DNA of 64,000 bases from Tubiluchus corallicola. Lineage: Eukaryota > Animalia > Priapulida. Position numbers and translations under genes: made by a program. The stretch spans positions 281,267-345,266 of the forward strand of contig JAQGDQ010000236.1 of assembly GCA_030141605.1 (NCBI GenBank), given 5' to 3'. How positions within the stretch are numbered: position 1 is the first letter of the stretch; every line of letters begins with the position of its first letter. The notes beneath the pieces were generated by a model. That model worked only from the letters and a program-made list of their open reading frames with translations. It was not told the DNA's origin and did not search any database. Below, piece after piece: positions 49,399 through 62,735 of this stretch.

Positions 49399-52052
49399 CA
49401 TCTTAAAAAAGATTTGGCAACTACTGTACAAGATTAACAATTTCTAACGCCTGTCCTCGCTAACTGACCTGTACGCGCCGAAAAATGCGCTACTTATAAA
49501 AATATAAACAAGCAACTTATAAAGTGCACAGTTTCGGCATCAATACATAACTAATTAAACACTCACTTTATGTGTATTATACAATAGCCGGAAAGCTTTG
49601 TTAATAAATATTAGCTGAAACGTGCAACTTCATGCTAGATTATTACATACCCCCGCGAAAAAATCATATTCATCGTCGTCTTTCGTGTTCTGTAACTGTA
49701 AGAAAAAGAAATCACACAATGAGAGAGCATGCTGGTTAGTACACTAGCAACAAACAGCACACTAAGCAAAATATTAAAGCTAGCATAAATGATCAGCCAA
49801 ACGATCGTTTCATAAAAGCAGCAACTATATGACTGAAAGTAGCCAATTCAATCACAAACGAAATCAAAGATTTCATAAAGTAGCAAACACACACATGACA
49901 GAACAGGCTGATGAAATCATTATGATAATCATACACAATACACACAGAACAGTTTTTAATTTTCGGTTATTAACTGTTTTAGCACTGAACATGCAACAAA
50001 TCTGCTTTACATACCAGTTTGTTAATAACGAAGTATGAAGAAAAATAGCATTTTTTCATGCTAGGAACATAATTCTTATAAAACGGTAAGTGGATTAGTG
50101 GAAGCATGCAAACGAAAAACGAAAACGTTGCGTCAACACATACATTATAATGAATGAGTAATATAAATGAATTTAACGTAGTAGAAGCTCTAAGCAATTT
50201 GTCGCATTTTGGAATTACATAACTTGAACTTTAACCGCCGGTCCGTAGAGGATATATTAGAAATAATATTAACTGCGTTCAAATTGCATTGATAAGAAGC
50301 TGACATTACTGTTGTTCAAACTGTCTCTTCAAAGAATATTATGACAGGTAGTCAGGGTTAGGAACGGTTAGTCTGTCCTCTCAAAACATATACAGTAATA
50401 AATATTAATATGGTATCCTAATCATTTAAAACAGTTAGAAATGAAATAAAAAGGCTAGGAACAGGCAGAGAATTTGTAAGTGTAAACAGATAAAATTGGA
50501 GAATTAATACTGATGCCCCATCTAAAGATGGGAGAAGCATCTGGCTTGACCACAGGTGGCGAAGACCTACCAAACTAGATTCTACCAAATGTGGATCAGA
50601 AAAATTAAGGACTCAAACGAAATCCGTTGAACAATTTACCTAAGATGCATTAAAAAATCAATAAAACCGAGTAATTTTTACTTACTGCTGCACTGTAACC
50701 TGATCCTACAGGTCAGTATCCACAGCAGACTACTGATATCACTTCGATATGATACATATCATATCATTTCTATACTATTTACTGTGATATACTATTACCC
50801 ATGTGTTTAACTATTTTTTATAATTCTCACTTGTAACAAGAACGGGTTTGCTCTGAAACTATTAATCGCGCAATAAACAGACTATTAAACAGACTATATT
50901 ATGACTCCATCATAATATAGTTCAGACGGAAACGACGCGAATAAATTCAATTTCACTAACTACTGGTTTCGATTAAATAACGAGGTAACCTTTACAAAGT
51001 AACCTGAACTTTATTTGCCTCGTAACAACATCGCACTTGACAAAGAAATGTAAACTCTTTAGGCCTCGGGCAGCACTTTCTGTTAGTTCGAAAACATTTA
51101 ATAGTGTTCGTAATTCGATTAATGCGTCAGATATTCAAGTTTTTTTGGAGGGGGAGGGGAGGCGAGGGTCGATTCTTGTACAGTTCAGTTACAATACACT
51201 TGTAAAACGCCGAATTCAACTAAGCTAGAAACCAGATTTTTCGTCCTTTTTTTACACCTCAAGGACGGCTTAGGCGTGTTTGCAGCATTATACGAAAGAA
51301 TAGAAAAGCAAAAGCTCACTAAAATAACTTCCTAGTATTTAAATGTTGTGCTGTATTTTTAAAAGGGGGCGGACGAGCATTTCAGGTGGATGGCAGCCTA
51401 TAGATGACAGAAATTTTTAATAAGCGTTAATTAGCAAGAAAAATACTCCTCAACGAAATTGTCAATATCAGTTTATTATTCAACTATTTGTAGCGTGCCC
51501 TACAGGTAGATACTAGGATTACTAGCGTCTAATTGTGGCTAGCGTAAATAATTATCGTCACTGGCAACTATATGACCTGCATTTAAATCATAATTTCACC
51601 TAAGAAACACTATACATTACGCAAAGACATAGATATAACGTAAAGGTACAATCACACAGTCAATGCGTAACAGCTAAACATTCATTTTTATGTGAAAACG
51701 TTCTTAAAATTTCAAATCATGTAACAACCTTAAAATTGCAAAAACTCCCAGTTTCAGACAACTGTGAAAATTACTATTTAACACAGACTGAATTTACAGG
51801 TCAAAATTTGTCAAACAACAGCAAATACCATTCATAAATCACGGTTTTTCACTCACACACAAATTAGCTGACTCTGGCGAATATTTTGCACCTCACCAAT
51901 TACTGGTATTACTTTAAGCAAATTACTAGCACCTATGCGTAGAAATTTAAGCATCTCCAAAAGAAAAACAGTCTTACGTGAGCCGCGTGGCGTGCGTACG
52001 CTGAAAGCGTCTGGAAACCAGGCCTTTTTTCGTCCGTCTCAACTCCGTCCAT
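47381..52052 (-). CDS. PAPSS: 5' portion (4 exons, ~125 aa, start of the APS-kinase domain) of bifunctional 3'-phosphoadenosine 5'-phosphosulfate synthase; remainder not found in the window
   Basis: Exons 52052-51978 ([25 protein letters not shown]), 49695-49651 ([15 protein letters not shown]), 48412-48298 ([38 protein letters not shown]) and 47522-47381 ([48 protein letters not shown]). GT-AG sites, consistent phases, no stops. The P-loop GLSGAGKT and [17 protein letters not shown] are diagnostic of PAPSS/APS kinase. The first two exons rest on splice signals and phase only. Confidence 0.9.
49297..49400. repeat. (TTA/TTG)n microsatellite
   Basis: Seen directly in the sequence. Confidence 0.95.
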
Positions 52053-52139
52053 CGTTCTATTTCAGGAGAGCTAAGCTATACGCACAGAACTATGCTAACC
52101 CCTAAACGCACACGACACCAGAGCTGTCACAATGTGAAA

Positions 52140-52230
52140 ACCATGCACATTGGACTCAGCGTGCAAGCTCACTTGACTGAGCTGGGCGGAGTCAAAATTA
52201 CATGCCTAATACAGGTGAGCCAATCAAGTA
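52140..52230 (-). promoter_or_regulatory. Putative PAPSS proximal promoter (GC box, CCAAT boxes)
   Basis: ATTGG (~52149), GGGCGGAG (~52184) and AGCCAATCA (~52218) lie 100-180 nt upstream of the ATG at 52052, in a locally CpG-richer stretch. Confidence 0.45.
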
Positions 52231-52737
52231 ATGGTAAACTTAACGTCGTTTAGCATATCTCATATTTCATAGCATTTATGGAAAAAACACCAATAATGAT
52301 TTTAATTGTTAGGTTACATAGTGAATTTCCCCCCCCCCCCCCAACCATCTAGCAGCTCAGCCCCCTACACCCTCAGCAAGTCGGAAAATAGGTCAGGGGT
52401 ACGTACGGAAAGAAGTTTACTCTCATTATTTGCATTATTTGCGTTTATTCGGTAGTCATGCACTGTAAACAGAGTTGTTCATATTCATATAGGACCTGCG
52501 ATAAAAATTTATTCAAAGCTGGCGTGGTTCTTTTACAAATCTGGTAGTCATATGTTCCCAATGGTTACTATAGTTTGATAGGTAACCATTCCTATGTACA
52601 CTGGAGACAGATTGTAATCTAGCAACGACGTAGCTCAGAACTAATTTTACATTGCTGAATGATAGCTACGGTCAAAGCGTGCAACAATGGTAAAGTATGC
52701 AGTGTGCGGCAGCTTTTTCCAGCAAACAATTAATGAA

Positions 52738-52986
52738 CCGGGTGGTGTAGCTCAATGTTAGCGTGCTCGCTTACCACCCGAGAGGTCGTGGGTTCGACTC
52801 TCGACCGAGTCATACCAAATACTTGAAAAATGGTTCTTCGACCAAGCACGCGGGTTTATCGAAGTAACGTGCGGGTAATAATAATCGGGACCACCTTGGA
52901 AATAAGTATTGAGTTACTTATTTAAGTTACTTGAGTTAAGGTGTTATCCATGGACTATCTCCTAAACGAAATTATTATTATTATTA
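52738..52986 (+). mobile_element. tRNA-derived SINE
   Basis: tRNA-like head GGTGGTGTAGCTCAATGTTAGCGTG..GGTCGTGGGTTCGACTC (A and B boxes), a tRNA-unrelated body (GAGTCATACCAAA..AAAAATGG) and an (ATT)n tail. Confidence 0.75.
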
Positions 52987-54539
52987 ATGGAATAGTATGC
53001 GTCCATACTGAAAGTTTCTGAAAATAATTGCTAAACAAATAACAACTTATATTATCTTTTGTCATTTTGGTACAAACATTTCGACTGTTTTTACACTGAC
53101 CCGTACTGAGTGGGCGGTAACGTTATGCAACTTTATTATTTTATGGGGTTTGCAGTGTTTTTAAGAGAATGATATCAGTACGCGTTACAATGCAATAACT
53201 GGTAATAAAGTTCAGTTATGAGCCAGATAAACGATGTAGATTACGTAAGAACTGAGAATTAATTAACAGGTTACTTTATCTATGAAACAAAACACATTTT
53301 ATAAAAATTATGAGCAAAATTGGTACCTGAATCTGAGACCTAAAGCATAAATCACACTCACCTTGAAACCTAAGCTATCTTAGGAAGCGAAGAGAAAAGA
53401 AATGGAAGAGAAGGCTGAAAAACTCCCAGTCTCATCTTAACAGCATATAAACTCAAACTGTTAGAGTCAACTACATGTACTTGAAACACATAGGATGAAT
53501 GACGTACAGCACTAGCAGTACTGAAATATCAATTATAAGTTTGCAGGGATACGAAGTAGAACAAATCATACGCACTGCGAATTAATACAAATTAAGTATT
53601 TTTCAGTATAAAATGCATGCAAACTTTGCAAAGTGTTCAACCGCATGCTGCAAAAATGAAAACAATTCAAACGCAAAAACTGTTTGGTTAAAGGTATCAC
53701 TTACGTTAAACAAAGAGTAACATGCATTTTTTAGCCTTGTCAAATAATCCCAAATCACAAATAGAACGGCCATAGTTGCATCACCTCCTTCCTCATCTAG
53801 GAATCATTTTGTAAAATTTTTATCATTGAAAAGTTTATTTTGCAAAGGAATATAATAAGCTTAGGAAAAGGTTATATTTGATTACAGTGGGTTTGATCAG
53901 AATTTGACTAGTTACGTCATACGTTCTCCTTTATTTCAAGAATTCGCAAACAATTTTAAATAGTAAAAGTAACAGTAATAGTAATAGTAATAGCAAAGTA
54001 AAAGGTTAGCCAAGAGAAGTCCTTTGCTAACACAAGAAACATAGACTTGTACAACAAAGTTCAAGGAAAAATGCACAAGTAAGGCTTATGTAATACATTT
54101 CTGTGTCCCCACCTTAAATATATGGTATATTACCGTAAATACGAAACTCACACGATTACAAAAACAAAAACTATTTCAGGAGCATACAATTAGCCTAGTT
54201 AAAAGGCAAGTTTGGCTTCAAAATTCAATAAGTGTGGGTTCATTCCATTATAGTGAGCTCATGATCACTTACCAATACCTTATTTCACGACTAATAAGTT
54301 GATATTCACCAGTTAGTATAAAATTACTTGCAACAGACTTGTATCTAAATATGCAGCCTGACCAAACAAAGAGAAATGTAATATTGTTATAGTCTAATTC
54401 CATGGAACTGTGCATTATTTTTATTAAAGGAAGAAAATCCGTCCAGACAATGTATGGTTTCAAATATCAATCTTGGTGGAACAATTTCCCTAATTTAAGA
54501 ATTTACCATATGACTTTTTATATTTAAAAACGTCATGAA

Positions 54540-55500
54540 AATATTGATGCTCAAACTCCCATAAACATGTGTGATTCCCTTGTGCTATTTATTTTCATTT
54601 AAATAATGAAAATTATTATTAAAGGTGCAAAGTTGGTAACATTTATGTTGGATCCTTGGGCAGATAACTTAACTCTTTTGGCTGCGAGAGTGAGAGTTTT
54701 ACAAAGAATGCTTCCAATATGCAAAGAATATGCCAAACAATTTGATTTGGTTAATGTCCAGGGTACCGAAATGAAAAGCAATGCAGTAGATCTCAGGGGA
54801 ATTCATTAAGCCTAATCTAACTGCACACTGCTGTACAACGTGCCATTAACCTGGGCAGATGAAGTACTTACTTAGGTCATGTAATTACATTTAAGGGATG
54901 ACGCCAAAGTTCTTCATAAACGGAGTGACTTCATTTTCCATGCCAATAGCGTATGTGCTAACTTTTCATTTCTATGTTCTGATTTAAAATGTAGACTACT
55001 TCAAGTATATAGTCTCCAGGATACTACGGATGCCGGAGTTGGAAGGTGAATAATCCAAAAATACATTTTATTAAAACAGCTTGGAATATAGCTATCCATA
55101 GACTTTTACAAAAGGCACACTTATATTCTGCCTCGCACTGCTGGTACCATTCAGCTGACCAAGCACTTTACAAAACGATTTATTAAATTCCATGTACAAT
55201 GTAGTACGTAAAAGCAGTAATAACACGACAATTAACTTTTTAGCCAAACAACGTTATATGACGTAAACTCAATAATGTGTTTCAACTTGTACAAAATTGT
55301 TATGGAAAATAATGTGACTCTGAAAGATGTGTTTAGAAATTTTCCATTCATCTGTTAAGCTTGTGAAAGGATGCAATTTATCTCCTATGCAGCTAGCCAC
55401 ACAAGCTTAACAAAAGATTGTATAAGCTGTATAGAAAACAGGAATTTTAATTTTTTATCAAAGACTCGATTAAGAGAAATATTAGAGTATGTGGTGTCTT
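54540..55500 (+). mobile_element. Decayed LINE reverse-transcriptase fragment
   Basis: WADNLTLLAARVRVLQRMLPICKEYA resembles the YADD.LLAP...LQ.ML.IC..YA region. A KYLG-like remnant follows at ~54865, with many disruptions. Confidence 0.6.
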
Positions 55501-57368
55501 TGTCCTCTTATACATAAATAATATCTGTGTTTGCTTTTTATTAACAATGTTTAATATTTATTTTAATTTTGCCACTAGCCTACATGTCTTTTTTTAATTC
55601 AACCACTTGTGTATCTGTACATAAGCGTGTGAAAATAAATGATGTTAATAATCATAACGGTAAGTAAAAACAAACTTGAAATCATTGCACTATTAGAAAC
55701 AGCACTTCCTAACTTCAGGGTAGATATCTAAAATAAACAAATGTTGATTTTCACATCAGTTTAACAGCATCATTATAAAGTTTAGCGATGAATTACAATA
55801 AACTTTTTACCTACAAATCCTTCACCCATAATTTGAAACGACATTCAGTTTTCACATACAATGGAAACGGTACGCTAATAAGACCAATTGAAGGTTAATG
55901 AAAAGCAAAACAAAAGCCTCCAAAATCTAAATATCCCTTACATGTTCTTTCTTTGGTCAGGTTACTTTGGTCAGAGCATAAAACAGCGAAAGATTCAAGC
56001 TGGTTCAAAAACACGTAATAGTTTGTGAATTATTCTTAGCCACATAAAGCATTTTTTTTGGTAGACCAACAGTTTCAAAGTCCTAGACAAAAATGTTGCA
56101 ACAAAAGTAGTTATTTCAATTTCAAAATGCATTAAATGTCTGCCAGCCTAGTTGCTTGGCATTACTGCACTAAACTTTACTTTAGGGTGTCCCATTTAAT
56201 GATTGACAAAAATTATCCTCTTCCTAGTGTAATCTATCCACCCCCTGCCAAGTACAGTCAGTCTGCAGTTGCGACCAGATACAAATGAGTGTTTAAAGAA
56301 AACAACAGAATTAGACGACAGCAACTTTTAATAATGAGATCTGATAAGCAGCACATAATTATGTTGTTTTTAGGAGAAAGAATAAATTTTTTTTTCTTAT
56401 AAAAGCATAAATCTCATGAAAGGTTTAGCAAGCACTAACTTTAAATTCCACAGCATTGTATATCAGCATAAAGTCCACAAAAATGCAAATTTTAAAAAAG
56501 TTTCTGCTGTGGACCAACTCTCTAATGTTATATTCTGACACATGACAAAATGAAATTACATGTATGCTAGAGACAGACACACATCATGCATGGTCTATAA
56601 AAACACAATTTTATAATCTTTTTAAAAGTTGTCCTTTGATTAATAAGCTTTCCTATATTGATCAATGGTCGATCACATAAAAGGTACATAATAATTCAGT
56701 ATCTCTAATCTTGAACTTTGGAAGGCAATCATGAGCTATTTTATATGAATAGCTCTTATACTTGATAAAAATGACGCATTTTAAATCAGGTTACTAGATT
56801 AGCAATGGCCACACTTGCACAGATTATAATAACTAGTAGGCCCACAGTATGGCATATATGAGTGCAGTGTGGTACGCAAATGAGATAATACTGGATCAAG
56901 TCAGTATTAGACAGGTGTTGCCCTGGCTAATCTACAACTAATCATTAAAATATATGGCAATTCAGCAATTGATATTGCGTCTACATATCTGTTGCCTGTG
57001 CCAATGCTGGTCTTGCTGGCAAAGTTCTTTGAATACGAAGTAAAAAATACGTTAACCACTGCTGCATGCCAGGTTTTCTCAGCACTTAGTTTAAAAAAAG
57101 GCTATCATGAGCACATTAATGACCATAAACAAAAAACTGGTCATGCCAAAAAAAAATTTCACTACTAATGCATAAAAATGGCACAAAAAACATTTACAAA
57201 GGCTATTATTCAGAGTGTTATGCCCACATACGTACATGGCATAGAAGCCCTCCTAAGTCCACTTTAAATGTATCTTCAGGCTATGAATATTGTTGTGCGA
57301 TAAAACAGTACAATAAATCATGAATTCTAATGAACATTTTGACTGAATGAGTCAAAAACTTAGCATAC

Positions 57369-57470
57369 CTTTGTTGGACTTGTGTTTGTATATAGAGCAT
57401 TTTGTTTAATTGCCGTAAGGTTGTTGCCAGTCCAGTTATCCTCGGGGGCACCATTTGCGTTGTCCTCCAT
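57369..57470 (-). CDS. Candidate alternative first coding exon of PAPSS
   Basis: AAAGATGG start context, 34 open codons (MEDNANGAPEDNWTGNNLTAIKQNALYTNTSPTK) and a strong phase-0 donor AAG|GTATGC. This is compatible with the phase-0 acceptors at 49695 and 48412. No homology support. Confidence 0.45.
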
Positions 57471-58442
57471 CTTTTAAAATTTACAACCGAGATTTTTAAA
57501 ATGATGTGCACTAAAACTTTGAGATTCCAGGAGAAGCTTCAAGTAACTAGAGATTTTACTCGAAAAATGGAAAAGTCTGCAGACCTAGGATGACAGATCA
57601 GACTAGAAAACTTATGCACTGAGTCTGCAAAACCGTTGAAACCGAGGCTTAAATTTATCGCAAACTTCCGTTGATTTTTTCCCAAACTGAAATTTCAGTT
57701 TTGAAACAACAATAAAACTGCACTGCACCAAATAAATGCTAGTCCACACTGTGATTCTTAAATAGCAACACAAAAAGACAATAATATCACAGATTAGTTA
57801 TTGTCTATGATCCCTGAGTTGAGTAGTACAAATCTTAAACTCGCTGAGATTCTAACAATGGCAGACAATATGGCTCTTCTGTGGCAGGTAGCTAGTAGCA
57901 GCTATTCTTCTAGCAGGACCAAGTAGACGTTTACGTTTTGGCAAACTCGGCTTCAAGATACAGAATTAGGTGCAATTAGAATGTCAGCATGCATCAAACC
58001 ATGCAGTCATCACCAAAACTGTCAAATGCAAAAAAATATGAATAAACACATCCACAACAAATGAATAATAATCATAACATTATCAGTCAATTATGAACAT
58101 TTTAAACAGTTAAAAACAAAATTAGAGAATTTTTGTAACTAATAAACATGACTCATGAATGTTTCATGCAAATTTAGACATTCTGCAATATTATAGAAAA
58201 AAAGAAAGACATTTACAAAAAACATTTGCAGCTAAAGTGATTAAAACAAAATTTTTTAGCAATTCTTCAACCAATTATTGCAGTTCAAACCTAGGCAAAC
58301 GTTTCTCTGCAATTTTATAAGGTCTTTAAAATAAATTACTTGTAAATATAATTAGCTATTAAATAACCATCGAGTGTCTTGAAATGTAAGCAGGACAGTG
58401 GTGACACCTACAGTAAGGAAACAGCAGCAATAAACATAAACA

Positions 58443-59137
58443 TAGGGTTACCATATTGTCTGAGTTGAAAAAGAGGACACTTTTTCGCATACTTGCAAGT
58501 AGGCAAAAATGACCAGTCTAGGGTCTATTAAAACAATGCAAAATAAAATGCAAATTATACAAATAGGCCTACATGTATTCTAATAGCAATACCAAATGGC
58601 TATACTGCAGAAAACATTAACACACTGCAACTGTTAGTCACCTGCTTCTTCTTGGCTCTCAGAAACAGTTACGCTTGAACTTGACTGAGCCCTAGGATGA
58701 GACCAAGAATCGTTTCGGCATTGCTACTTTCTAATTAACTTTTACCAGTTGCTCAAAACTGCAAAACGGCGAAACTATACAAATTTAAAGAAATTCACAT
58801 AAAAATAAACAAAATGGCTCCTGGAAGCTGACGTCATTTTAAATCTTTAGCGAATATGCCGAGTATCGACAGCGGTGTGAGTCATGTGTTGTTCAGTAAA
58901 TATGTACACAAAGCTTTTACAAGGGTTGCATTTTGAGATGTTAGCAACATCTTGTATTGAAAATTAAAGAGCTTTTCTTTGTCTCGTACTGTCGTATGCC
59001 TCTGCAGTTGGCAACGTCCATACATACTTACGGATTGAGGCAAAACCCGGACAAACTGCCGATTTTTTGAAAACCCACCTGGACAAAGGCCCAAAAAGAG
59101 GACGTGTCCAGGGAAACCCGGACGTATGGTAACCCTA
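58443..59137. mobile_element. Intact hAT-like MITE
   Basis: TIRs TAGGGTTACCATA / TATGGTAACCCTA; 8 bp TSD CATAAACA / CATAAATA; subterminal GGAC/CCGGAC repeats. Confidence 0.88.
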
Positions 59138-62100
59138 CATAAATATGTTCATTACAAAATTTCCTGGTTAAACAGATGAGTAACATTTGCTTAGGTACGA
59201 TCTTCAAAAAGATATTAAAGATATTAATTTCGGCATACATGCATATACATTATCTATTATGAAACAGTTGTGAATATTCAATGTTGTAATATAAAAAAAT
59301 CAATCTATTCATGCATGCAACTGAATACAAAAGACAAACTACTCATACATTTCGTAAGTGTCAATTGGCTTTCACTGTATTGTGGTGCATCCTATTTCAA
59401 TTATTTAATACAAAAGTTAATGAAGATCTTGTAAAAATTAAAAGCACTCCAAGTGCATTAACAAAATTTTTGTGGACATGCTATAATTTAATAAATTAAG
59501 AAAAAAGTCAATGAGATTAACGCAACAAAAACTAGTGAAAAAATTCACTCTTTGTAGCCAGGAACACCAACAATAAATTGTTTTCCATTTTTTGTTTTGT
59601 GAGTTTAATTTTGTTAAAAGTCTTCTTGAATTAAAAACAAACAAACAAACAAACGTTTGAAGATGAAATGCCAATAATGCAATAAACTAAGTGTCAAAAT
59701 TAGATTAATGTTTCCACAAATAAAGTGCTAATTTCAGACAATCACTGAGCAGACAGAAGGCCAAATCTTTCATAACTTTCAGTTTATATTCTAGCACTTA
59801 TGAGAAACCAAAAGCCAAGATTCATCAATAGTATCACAATAAAATTCTGCTGACAGAAACACAATAATTATATTTCACAAAACACTGACTAATAGAAATT
59901 AATAGTATACATTTCTTTGAATCTGCAGTTGCAACCACTGGTTACAGTTATAACATTACATTAAAAATGCATTTGCAGCAGCATGTCCTGCGCAATTCAC
60001 TGCCTACCGGTTACCAAGTTGGTTGCCAGCAAGCTGAATAATTATTCATTTAACATCTGCTACTAATCAATGATTTACTCAACTAGATACTCTAAACTCA
60101 CAGCTTTAAATTATACATACATACAAGAAAGTTGAAAAACAGCCTTTTTATGAATCATGAAAAATGCCAAAAAAGACTAACAATGCCTGATTAATAACAC
60201 TAATCTTTATCTTAGTTGGCTTCATAGTAAATACAAATGATCTGTAAGGTACTTTCATAAGTGCAGTATATTGCAGTTGCATATCTACTTGTAAATAAAG
60301 AAAGCCACAACTGAACTGATACCACTCAACACAAACCACAATATTAAACTGAAAGATGTTATTAGGTGAAAACTTTTAAGAAACCTTAATGATAGCACCA
60401 GTCAATAAGCACTATAAAACAGAATCACACCTGAAAATCACGGTCCTGAAAATAAAATCACACTGTCGCATAATTTCCACCTCTTCGCTGACCAGCGCTC
60501 AAAGAGTTGAGACAGCCTCCAGGCAACTCACACAATACATTTTGAAACTGGTCTAGCAAAACAGTGGCCAACACTTCCTTGTTGCGGGTAGAATACAGAA
60601 TTGCAGTTATTGCTAATTGTTAAACTGTGACAGATTGTGTGATAGATGTGTATGCATGATATACTGTGGACAATTTGGCTCAGCATAAAGATAGAAACTG
60701 TCTGTGACAGGCAGCATATATTATGTCCATTCACTAATCACAAGTTTAGTGCATTTGTAACCTGGAAGAATTATTACTGACATATAATTAGACTTAAAAA
60801 ATTAACTTAATTATTATCAATATTTTCTATAGAAATTGTTATTTGTTATTTATAATGCCTGCACGGCTGCCAGGCAGGTTTTCAAGCTGAGCAAAAAAGC
60901 GACATTTAAGTAGATTTGAGAATTTTGTATTTCCTTGGGCCAAAAACCTCACATTTTTTCACCAGCACAGCTGGCTAGTTTTTGGAATTTGAACAGTAGT
61001 TATGTAATTTTATCAAGCATAAATAGTATGTCAAATGAGTTGCTACACCTTTACATATAATTGATTGGGATACATTTAGTCTAAGGGCTTGTAACTTTTA
61101 TCAAGATGTCACGCACGCTTGATGTTTATATAAATTTGCATTTGTATTTTTAATGTATGGCAACATATAAAAAACATATGTAATGCATGAGAATGGTGTA
61201 GAATAATGGTTAAAGAGCACATCATGATAACTCAGATGAGTATAGGATAAGCTCTATGATAACAGCCTTTTCAAAATGCATTTGAATCTAAATCCTAGTC
61301 ATTTTGAAACTTAACTCTCTCTGGAAACATAAATGTAATTCAAACTCTACACATCTAACTATGACAGTATTTCCTCATTGTAAGTTTGCAAGCACCATGG
61401 TGAAAACAAGCTAATTAGCAACTCTTTAGTGAACTACAAAAATTGACGCAGCACAGTTACATGTAACAGGTACTATACAGAGTATCACGACCCACTTGTT
61501 TGCATCCCTGGCTTTGCAGACCCCACAATTCTACAACATCAGCACAAAAATCAATAAGTTCTAAAGATTTCCTGACTCTGCAATATATAGATCACAAGTG
61601 ACGTTTAGAGCTGCTCACCTCGATACTTTGTGACTATTAATAATTACAAAACGTACAGTCTAACGTTCATTCATACAGTCATGCATAACGATCGAAAGCG
61701 TTATGCTGTACAGAGTATAGTATCTGAAATATCTTATTCCAGTATGTTAAGTCTCAATATAGCATGCCACATTTCTACATGTAGCGAGCAGTAACAATAA
61801 AATTATTAGGAAACTTTAAGTAGACAGCAGGATTTTTATTAGTTTTGAACGGACTGAGCTGTTCGTGTTGCTCCCGCTTGCTTCAATCCACGGTGATACT
61901 TGACTAAGTGCTTTTTGATTGAGAAACCTAACAAGTCGTATTTCTTCTAGCCTTTCTAAGTACCGAATATCGAATTAATATTACAGGTGCCCCAAGCACC
62001 ACATTTCACCATTCTATACTCTCTTTCACTGCTATTTAATAAATTTAATAAGTAAAATCAACCATGAGCACACACTTTCCCTGTATATTAGTATGCGCTT

Positions 62101-62735
62101 CACATGCAAATACCAGTTAGCTTGGCGCCAGTTTTCTGTTTTACAATTTATTTATTTTTTTATCCCAATCAAAAAATATATAAAAATGAATATAAATTCA
62201 TTAACCAAATAAATGGGAAAGGATGGCAAAAAAGTAGGTTATCAAATCAGCCACTCCAAATTGAGTGTGTAAAATTAGTGTTCTGCAGGACTGTATGTAT
62301 AAATTGCAGAAAATTGACAGAAAATACTGTCATGCTTGAAGTAACTTTTACTTGACTAAGAATTTTACTTTGTAAACTAAAACAAAAAGAGAAAAATATA
62401 ATATCATGCAGTTAATGCTAACAGTAACTATAATGGTAGAATACACATTAAAACTTTATTAATGGATGAAATGATAATAGATAATGAACGACGAATAAAA
62501 CTGATAAACGAAAAATAAACAAAAAAACTTTGCACATGAGGTGTAGGGCACGAGCCCATATACTGCATTTGCGGTACTATGCACGTACATTCTCTCACTC
62601 TCTAACTTTAAATTTTTTTCTTTTTTCCTGTTGCACTCTGAAGTATGGTATCAACCTTTAATTAATTGTTAGTTTGTAACAATTTGTCTAGTTACAATAA
62701 CATTGCAATAATTTGTTTACGCATTAGTTAATATA

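Noticed and set aside
52738-52812. Possible tRNA gene
   Set aside because: The acceptor stem is imperfect, there is no poly-T terminator, and it continues into a SINE-like body with an (ATT)n tail.
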